From: Rhizobiaceae bacterium
Lineage (GTDB): Bacteria > Pseudomonadota > Alphaproteobacteria > Rhizobiales > Rhizobiaceae
Length of the DNA: 42,253 nt
NCBI GenBank assembly: GCA_041743855.1
Contig: JBGTLX010000071.1
Location: 1-42,253, forward strand
Direction: 5' to 3'
The position numbers were made by a program, and so were the translations under genes. Of this stretch, positions 36,752-42,253 are shown in pieces. The notes beneath the pieces were generated by a model. The model did not search any database. It had not been told where the DNA came from and saw only the letters and a program-made list of their open reading frames with translations. How positions within the stretch are numbered: the stretch's first letter is position 1; each line of letters opens with the position of its first letter.

Positions 36752-39700
36752 ATGCAGACGATTGAGGATTGGCTGAGCCAACTCGGCCTTGGCAAATACA
36801 TGGAGGCGTTCGTCCAGAACGACGTCGACCTTCGAGCGCTTCCGCACATCACGGAAGCCGACCTGCAGGAGCTTGGTGTCTCGCTCGGGCACCGGAAAAT
36901 CATTCTGGCTGCCATTAATGAACCTGAGCGGCCGCGCCTCGATGCACTCCCTCTTGCTTCACTTCCTCTCGAGGGATTTGAGCCTCAGACCACCGAAGTC
37001 CCGCAGGAACCGACTGCCGATCGACGGCTTCTCAGTGTGCTCTTCTGTGACTTGGTCGGGTCGACCGCGCTATCGGCGGAACTCGACCCGGAAGACATGC
37101 ACGAATTGACCCGCCGCTATCAGGATAGCGTCGCCGGCGCGATCACGCGCTTTGGCGGCTATGTCGCCAAATATCTCGGAGACGGCGTGCTTGCTTATTT
37201 TGGATGGCCCATGGCTTACGAGGACCATGCCGAGCGTTCCATTAGGGCAGGCATCCAGGCGCTCGCTGCCGTCGAGGCCTTTCAGTCGCCGGACGGCAAG
37301 CAATTGAAGGCGCGTATCGGCATCGCATCGGGGCACGTGGTCGTCGGCGACATTGCCGGCAGCAGCGCGAACGAACGCGCCTCGATCGCAGGCGACACTC
37401 CCAATCTCGCAGCTCGCCTGCAAGGCGCTGCAGCGCCTGGCCAGATCGTGGTAGCGGACAGCACGCGCCGGCTCGCCGGGCAGTCCTTCGAGATCGAGAG
37501 CCTCGCTGCACAGGAGTTAAAAGGGTTCAAATCACCTATTGCCCTGTTCGCAGTCCGCGGCGAACGAGAGGTGGAAAGCCGTTTCGACGCCACGCACACC
37601 AGCGCGCTGTCGAAATTTGTTGGCCGAACCAGTGAAATCGGCATGCTGCTCGAACGTTGGGAACTGGTTAAGGGCGGCCAAGGCCAAGCGGTCTTCGTGT
37701 CGGGAGAGGCGGGCATCGGGAAATCGCGCCTTGTCGATGCGCTCGAGGAACGGCTCCCTGAGAAACAGCATGAGCTGATTCGGTTGCAGTGTTCTCCCTA
37801 TCACGCAACATCGGCCTTCTATCCTATAATTCAGCGCCTAAGCAGGTTCGCAGGCTTCTCACCAGCCGACGATCAAACCATGCGCGCGGAGAAATTCCGC
37901 ACGATCGTTCAGCGCTACGGGGAGAATCTTTCGGATGTCGGATCGATCTATGCCGAGCTCCTTTCATTGGACGTCGGCGACGAGTTCAAGCCGCTCGACC
38001 TCTCCGCCCAGCAGCGCAAGGAACTCGTCGTCCGAACGCTGGCAAACCGGCTGCTGCTCGCGGCGAAGATCGCTCCGTTGCTGTTTATCGTCGAGGATGC
38101 GCACTGGATCGATCCGTCGACTAGTGAATGGCTGAAAGAGGTTATTAGCCGCGTGCATGGCGCGGCCATACTTGTCGTCGTGACGCACCGACCGGAATGG
38201 AACGCTGGTTGGGCAACTGGGCTCGCACAAGCGACGACGCTCGCCATCGGGCGTCTGACGAAGAAGCAGATGCGTGAGCTGATCGAATCGATGCTTGCCG
38301 ATGTTCCGGATCAGCTTGCCGACAGGATCGCGGAGCGAACGGACGGGGTACCGCTGTTCGTTGAGGAGCTCACTCGCTCGATCCTGGAGAGCGGAAACGC
38401 GACGTCGCTCAACGCTGAGATCCCTGATAGTCTGCAGGGCTCTCTGATGGCGCGGCTCGATCGTCTAACAGCGGCAGCCAAGGAGGTGGCGCAAATTGCC
38501 TCTGTGATAGGTCGTGAATTCGATCGTGGCCTGCTTTCGAAGGTTACCGGTTTTGACGAGCGGGCTCTGGACGGAGCGCTGCATCAACTCATGTCGACCC
38601 AACTCTTCGTCGTCGGCGGCGTGGTGCGGGACGCACTTGTTTTCCGCCATGCGCTCATCCAGGATACGGCGTATCAATCGCTCCTCAGCCGGCGGCGCCG
38701 GCATTATCACGAAGCCATAGTTAAGGTTCTCCTCGACGCATATCCCGATCTCGTCGTCACACAGCCCGAGCTCATCGCCCAGCACTACGTCAAGGCACAG
38801 CAAAATGAGCTTGCGTTCCCATACTGGATGAAGGCCGGCGAACGCGCGCTAGGACGATCCGCCAACTACGAGGCGGTCGATCATTTTCAGAACGCTCTCT
38901 CCATCGTGGAGCACTTGCCGGAAGGACCTTCCCAGCAACAAAAAGTGCTCGAGGCGACCATAAAGCTCGGTGAGGCACTAGGCGCCGCAGGTCGCTTGTC
39001 GGACTCCGTGGCAACATATAAGTTAGCAACGGAATTGGCGCGCGAGGCCGGCGACACGAAGGCCTTCATCCGTTCCGCGCTCGGTTTTGATCTCGCCCAA
39101 TTCCTTTCCGCGAAGCCGCTCGACGAATCGATTAAGCTTCTGACGGAAGCGATGGGCAAAATCGATCCGAACGATCAGCGGTCGCGGTGCCAGCTTCTCT
39201 GCAGCCTCGCGCGCGCATATTCCTACCTCGGCGACAGCAAGAATAGCGCGAAATGTCACAAAGAGGGAGTTAAGCTGGCTGGGCAGCTTGGTGACAAAAA
39301 TTCGCTTTTCGATTTGTCCGTTCTTTCTTTCATGACCCCGATGACCGTCAAGTCCGTTACGGAAGCAAACGATCGAACCGCTCTCCTAGACGATCTAAAG
39401 CGCCTTTCGGCCGGCATCAACGACGACGACGCGCGGGGCCGGGCACTTGCACTCGACGTCTACGTCTCCACCGAACTGGGCAACCGCGCGCGAGCTGATC
39501 GAGCGGTTGATGAGTTGGAAGAACTGGGGACGCTGCGCCAGCGCCTCAACATTCTATGGCTTGCTCGGCACGCGCGGGCCATGACGGCCATCCTCGATGG
39601 CAGATTTACGGCTGCGGAGGCACTTGCTGGAGAAGCGATGAGCCTAGGCAGAAAGACGCATGGGGCGGATGTCGAGGGCGTTTATGGAATGCAGATGTTC

Positions 39701-40306
39701 ACGATCCGACGCGAACAGAGCCGCCTCTCGGAGGTCGCACCGGTTATGAAGCATTTCATCGAGGAAAATCCGGACGAGACCACTTGGTTGCCGGGTTTTG
39801 CGCTCGTTGCGGCGGATTTGGGCTATCGGGATGCAGCGCAGCGAAGGTTAGATGAACTGGCGAGCACCGGATTCGCAATGCCGCTCGATGCGAAGCGAAG
39901 TGCGTCCCTCTCATTTATATCGGAAGTCGCCGTCGACCTTGGTGACACAGAGGCTGCCCAGAAGATCTACGACCTGATGCTCGCCTACAAAAACATGACC
40001 ATCACGGCAGGTGTCGCAACTGTCTGCTTTGGAGCGGCGAGCCGCTATCTGGGAATGTTGTCAGCCACGCTAGGCGACTTCGAGAAGGCGGCCGAGCACT
40101 TCGAGCATGCGTTGGAAATGAACGCAGCAAGCGGCTCACGACCGTGGCTTGCCCATGCCCAGGCCGAATATTCCAATCTGCTTCTCAAAATCGGTAGCAA
40201 GAAAGCGATCGAGAGAGCAATGTCTCTATCGGAAGAAGCCTCGGTAACCGCAGCCGAACTGGATATGGTCCGCTTGAAGAAAAGGTTACAGCCGACCCTG
40301 CATTAG
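36752..40306 (+). CDS. SAM domain / class III adenylate-guanylate cyclase / STAND (AAA_16-type) ATPase / TPR-repeat multidomain protein
   Basis: 1184-aa uninterrupted ORF. SAM-like aa 1-57. Cyclase core aa ~92-268 (LSVLFCDLVGST, VAKYLGDGVLAYFG, RIGIASGHVVVGDI, AGDTPNLAARLQ, ELKGFKSPIALFAV). P-loop VFVSGEAGIGKSRL and Walker B LLFIVEDAHWID. Long helical-repeat C-terminus. Weak SD; in-frame stop 9 nt upstream of the ATG. Confidence 0.88.
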   Translation: MQTIEDWLSQLGLGKYMEAFVQNDVDLRALPHITEADLQELGVSLGHRKIILAAINEPERPRLDALPLASLPLEGFEPQTTEVPQEPTADRRLLSVLFCDLVGSTALSAELDPEDMHELTRRYQDSVAGAITRFGGYVAKYLGDGVLAYFGWPMAYEDHAERSIRAGIQALAAVEAFQSPDGKQLKARIGIASGHVVVGDIAGSSANERASIAGDTPNLAARLQGAAAPGQIVVADSTRRLAGQSFEIESLAAQELKGFKSPIALFAVRGEREVESRFDATHTSALSKFVGRTSEIGMLLERWELVKGGQGQAVFVSGEAGIGKSRLVDALEERLPEKQHELIRLQCSPYHATSAFYPIIQRLSRFAGFSPADDQTMRAEKFRTIVQRYGENLSDVGSIYAELLSLDVGDEFKPLDLSAQQRKELVVRTLANRLLLAAKIAPLLFIVEDAHWIDPSTSEWLKEVISRVHGAAILVVVTHRPEWNAGWATGLAQATTLAIGRLTKKQMRELIESMLADVPDQLADRIAERTDGVPLFVEELTRSILESGNATSLNAEIPDSLQGSLMARLDRLTAAAKEVAQIASVIGREFDRGLLSKVTGFDERALDGALHQLMSTQLFVVGGVVRDALVFRHALIQDTAYQSLLSRRRRHYHEAIVKVLLDAYPDLVVTQPELIAQHYVKAQQNELAFPYWMKAGERALGRSANYEAVDHFQNALSIVEHLPEGPSQQQKVLEATIKLGEALGAAGRLSDSVATYKLATELAREAGDTKAFIRSALGFDLAQFLSAKPLDESIKLLTEAMGKIDPNDQRSRCQLLCSLARAYSYLGDSKNSAKCHKEGVKLAGQLGDKNSLFDLSVLSFMTPMTVKSVTEANDRTALLDDLKRLSAGINDDDARGRALALDVYVSTELGNRARADRAVDELEELGTLRQRLNILWLARHARAMTAILDGRFTAAEALAGEAMSLGRKTHGADVEGVYGMQMFTIRREQSRLSEVAPVMKHFIEENPDETTWLPGFALVAADLGYRDAAQRRLDELASTGFAMPLDAKRSASLSFISEVAVDLGDTEAAQKIYDLMLAYKNMTITAGVATVCFGAASRYLGMLSATLGDFEKAAEHFEHALEMNAASGSRPWLAHAQAEYSNLLLKIGSKKAIERAMSLSEEASVTAAELDMVRLKKRLQPTLH

Positions 40307-40356
40307 GCTTGGCTCGGCTTCGCGGCATCAACACGGATGACAAGGAGCTTACCTTC

Positions 40357-40617
40357 ATGCCACGCTACGTTATTGAACGAGATTTTGCGGAACAGCTCAA
40401 CCTCACGAAGGGCGCGGTTGAGAACGTCAATTTGATCAATGACCAGGAGGGCGTGCAGTGGATCTTCTCTTTCCTTAGCGCCGACAAGAAAAAGACCTAT
40501 TGCCTCTACGAGGCGCCGAACCCTGAAGCTATTCGGGCCGCGGCACGAAGAAACAATATCCCCGCGGATGCGATCATTGAAATTGGCGGGGAGATTGGGC
40601 CGAACATGTTCGAGTAG
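40357..40617 (+). CDS. DUF4242-like small protein
   Basis: 86 aa from MPRYVIERDF, with AAGGAG SD. GVQWIFSFLSADKKKTYCLYEAPNPEAIRAAARRNNIPADAIIEI matches my memory of the DUF4242 pattern. The upstream 16 codons of the ORF were rejected. Confidence 0.65.
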   Translation: MPRYVIERDFAEQLNLTKGAVENVNLINDQEGVQWIFSFLSADKKKTYCLYEAPNPEAIRAAARRNNIPADAIIEIGGEIGPNMFE

Positions 40618-40647
40618 CCACACCTCATGTCGCTTGACACTTAACCT

Positions 40648-42253
40648 GGTTCTGCCTCAATTCGTGTGGCTGAGCGGTAGCATCGCGCGCGGATTAGCTC
40701 GACACCGGCTCGACCATACATTGCGCGCTTGAGTGTCTTGAGGCGATTTATCTGGCCTTCGGCCTGTCCATTGCTCCATGGAAGCTCGATAGCGTTGTAG
40801 ACGACATCGATGTCTCGGCGCAGCACCCGGGCAAATCGCATGACCGGGATGAGTTCAGAGTCGATAGCGTCCTCGATCCACGCTTCCAATGGTTCCGACC
40901 TGCCGCCGCGCACTATTCCATTGAAGCGCATCGCCAGGGTGCGCATCGTAGCGAACGCGTGCGATCCCTTCTCAAAGGCATCGACTTTCGTGCCTGTGAA
41001 GTGGTCAACAATCCTCGTGGCTTGATGCACAGCGCTGCCGCGACCACAGGCGAAATCGCGTGGCCGGTATGTGGATCTCGAACTGGACCAAGATCGACGG
41101 TGCTTGGGGGCGGCTCATCCGTTGCCGGCCTGTCAGCCCTGCGCCATGCTCCAAGCAGTCTCTCCAAGTTTGAGAAGCTGCCTGTATATCCGCGCTGTCT
41201 GACATCATGGAAGAGATGCCGCCCGACGCGATTTCATCCTCCCAGCACTGAGCAAGGAACGCCTCGAAATACCATGGCGATGTCGGGTTCAATGCCGCTC
41301 GACGCCTATCCGGCGGCGTCTTTAATGTGAGCCATTTGGCCACGGTGCGACGTTTGTAGCCCGTCCGGCGGGCGATCTCGCTATAGGTGAGCCCTTCATC
41401 GCGCAACGCATGGATTGCTTTGAACACTTCTTCGCGCGATCGTCGATGCGCAAAGCGCGCCAGACGACGATGGGCCGCGGCATCGATGTTGTCCTCTTCG
41501 CTCAGGATCGATCGGCCTGCCGCTCGTCCCTGCGAGGTTCATCTGTTCCTCGATCGCCGTTCGAAGGTTCTGGACGAGATGAAACCGGTCGGCGACCTCT
41601 ACTGCTTGCGAAGCGCGTTCTCAGACCGCCTGCGCATAGAGGCCACAGCGATCCGGGCTGACCACTTCAACGGAAGGATTCTTCTTCGGCCAGTTCGCGG
41701 CGCTCTCGACGCTTCGATCTTCCAGAACGTCAATGACTGCGCGCCGCTCAAGATCAACAATAATCGTGCCGTAGCGGGATGACTTCTTCCAACTCCAATC
41801 GTCCAGCCCAATGACCCGGGCGGGAGAGGCATTAATTGCGGCGTCCCGTTTGAGTTGGCGCAAGATCGTGTCATCGCTGACCGGTTCCGAAACGTCGCAT
41901 CAGGCGTTCGGCAGGCCGTCCCCCCGGTGGCATGGCCCAAGTGACTGGCGATTTGCGCCGATCGCAGCGTCCTTCGGGCATGAGGAGCGGCAACAGTGGG
42001 AGCCTGATCGGAAAAGGTGCTGCGGCTACAGCCTTGAGACAGACATCGCCAGCGAGCGATGCGGAGTTCTAAGAATACAGCCTCGCCATGCGCCGGGTAG
42101 TCCTGAAGCCGTCTGTCAACGGGCGCCGAAGTTTCCCCGATTGTGGGCGTGTAAAATTCTTTATCTTGGCGGCGGGTCTTGGTCGGTGATCAGCCGAGGG
42201 ATTGATCGTCGCGTCCTTTCGTTGGAGGGCGGCCGCGCCGTTTCGGCAGGGTT
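40648..42253 (-). mobile_element. ISL3-family IS, copy D: degenerate, runs off the right edge
   Basis: Right-end repeat GGTTCTGCCTCAATTCGTGTGG at 40648. Transposase blocks are scattered over all three minus frames (LELRIARWRCLSQGCSRSTF, LGHATGGRPAERLM, VIGLDDWSWKK, LTYSEIARRTGYKRRTVAKWL, HTGHAISPVVAAALCIKPRGLL, LPWSNGQAEGQINRLKTLKRAMYGRAGVELIRAR). The left end is not reached within the window. Confidence 0.78.

Noticed and set aside
1-42253. CRISPR arrays, rRNA/tRNA genes, integron attC sites and toxin-antitoxin pairs
   Set aside because: No regularly spaced direct repeats, no conserved rRNA/tRNA sequence features and no small paired ORFs of TA type were seen on either strand. This is a by-eye scan, so small ncRNAs cannot be excluded.
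16450-42253. Explaining all frameshifts as sequencing or assembly error
   Set aside because: Disruptions cluster exclusively in IS copies and three remnant genes. About 30 kb of other coding sequence, including ORFs of 2.1 and 3.5 kb, is uninterrupted. An error rate high enough to produce 15+ frameshifts in ~6 kb would have hit the intact genes too. The two perfect tandem duplications still deserve read-level confirmation.

Overview
This window looks like high-GC alphaproteobacterial accessory DNA, probably Rhizobiales; the taxon is inferred from codon style and gene content only. No rRNA, tRNA or CRISPR array was seen.

Left ~25 kb: a dense, intact catabolic island.
- A LysR regulator (with an ornithine-cyclodeaminase-family gene downstream) is divergent from a ~14 kb same-strand gene string. 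The string is hyuA/hyuB-like ATP-dependent hydantoinase/oxoprolinase, a PotD-type ABC importer, an amidase, a carboxymuconolactone-decarboxylase (CMD) gene, a beta-hydroxyacid dehydrogenase, a D-carbamoylase and a D-hydantoinase.
- A perfect 19-bp tandem duplication separates the CMD and dehydrogenase reading frames. Removing one copy fuses them into a single ORF.
- A multiply frameshifted 2H-phosphoesterase (LigT-like) pseudogene follows.
- Next is a translationally coupled minus-strand operon: DUF3830, MaoC-type hydratase, family III CoA-transferase, acyl-CoA dehydrogenase and an MmgE/PrpD protein. This set resembles an itaconate-type degradation cluster.
- That operon is divergent, across an AT-rich region holding a perfect 24-bp palindrome, from a plus-strand operon: PuuE-like deacetylase, a 100-aa CxxC protein, a COG0523 GTPase and a cysteine hydrolase.

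Right ~17 kb: insertion-sequence (IS)-riddled.
- Four mutually diverged, all-degenerate copies of one ISL3-type element are present.
- There is also an IS481 fragment fused in frame to a LysR fragment, plus truncated M20 amidohydrolase and aldehyde dehydrogenase remnants.
- Two intact cargo modules sit between the IS copies: a TetR + PotD-type ABC importer + MBL hydrolase module, and a 1184-aa SAM / class III cyclase / STAND ATPase / TPR protein with a DUF4242 partner.

The cyclase/STAND/DUF4242 pair and the CxxC/COG0523 hydrolase operon are the best candidates for uncharacterised systems. All family calls are by-eye motif recognition without database searches.
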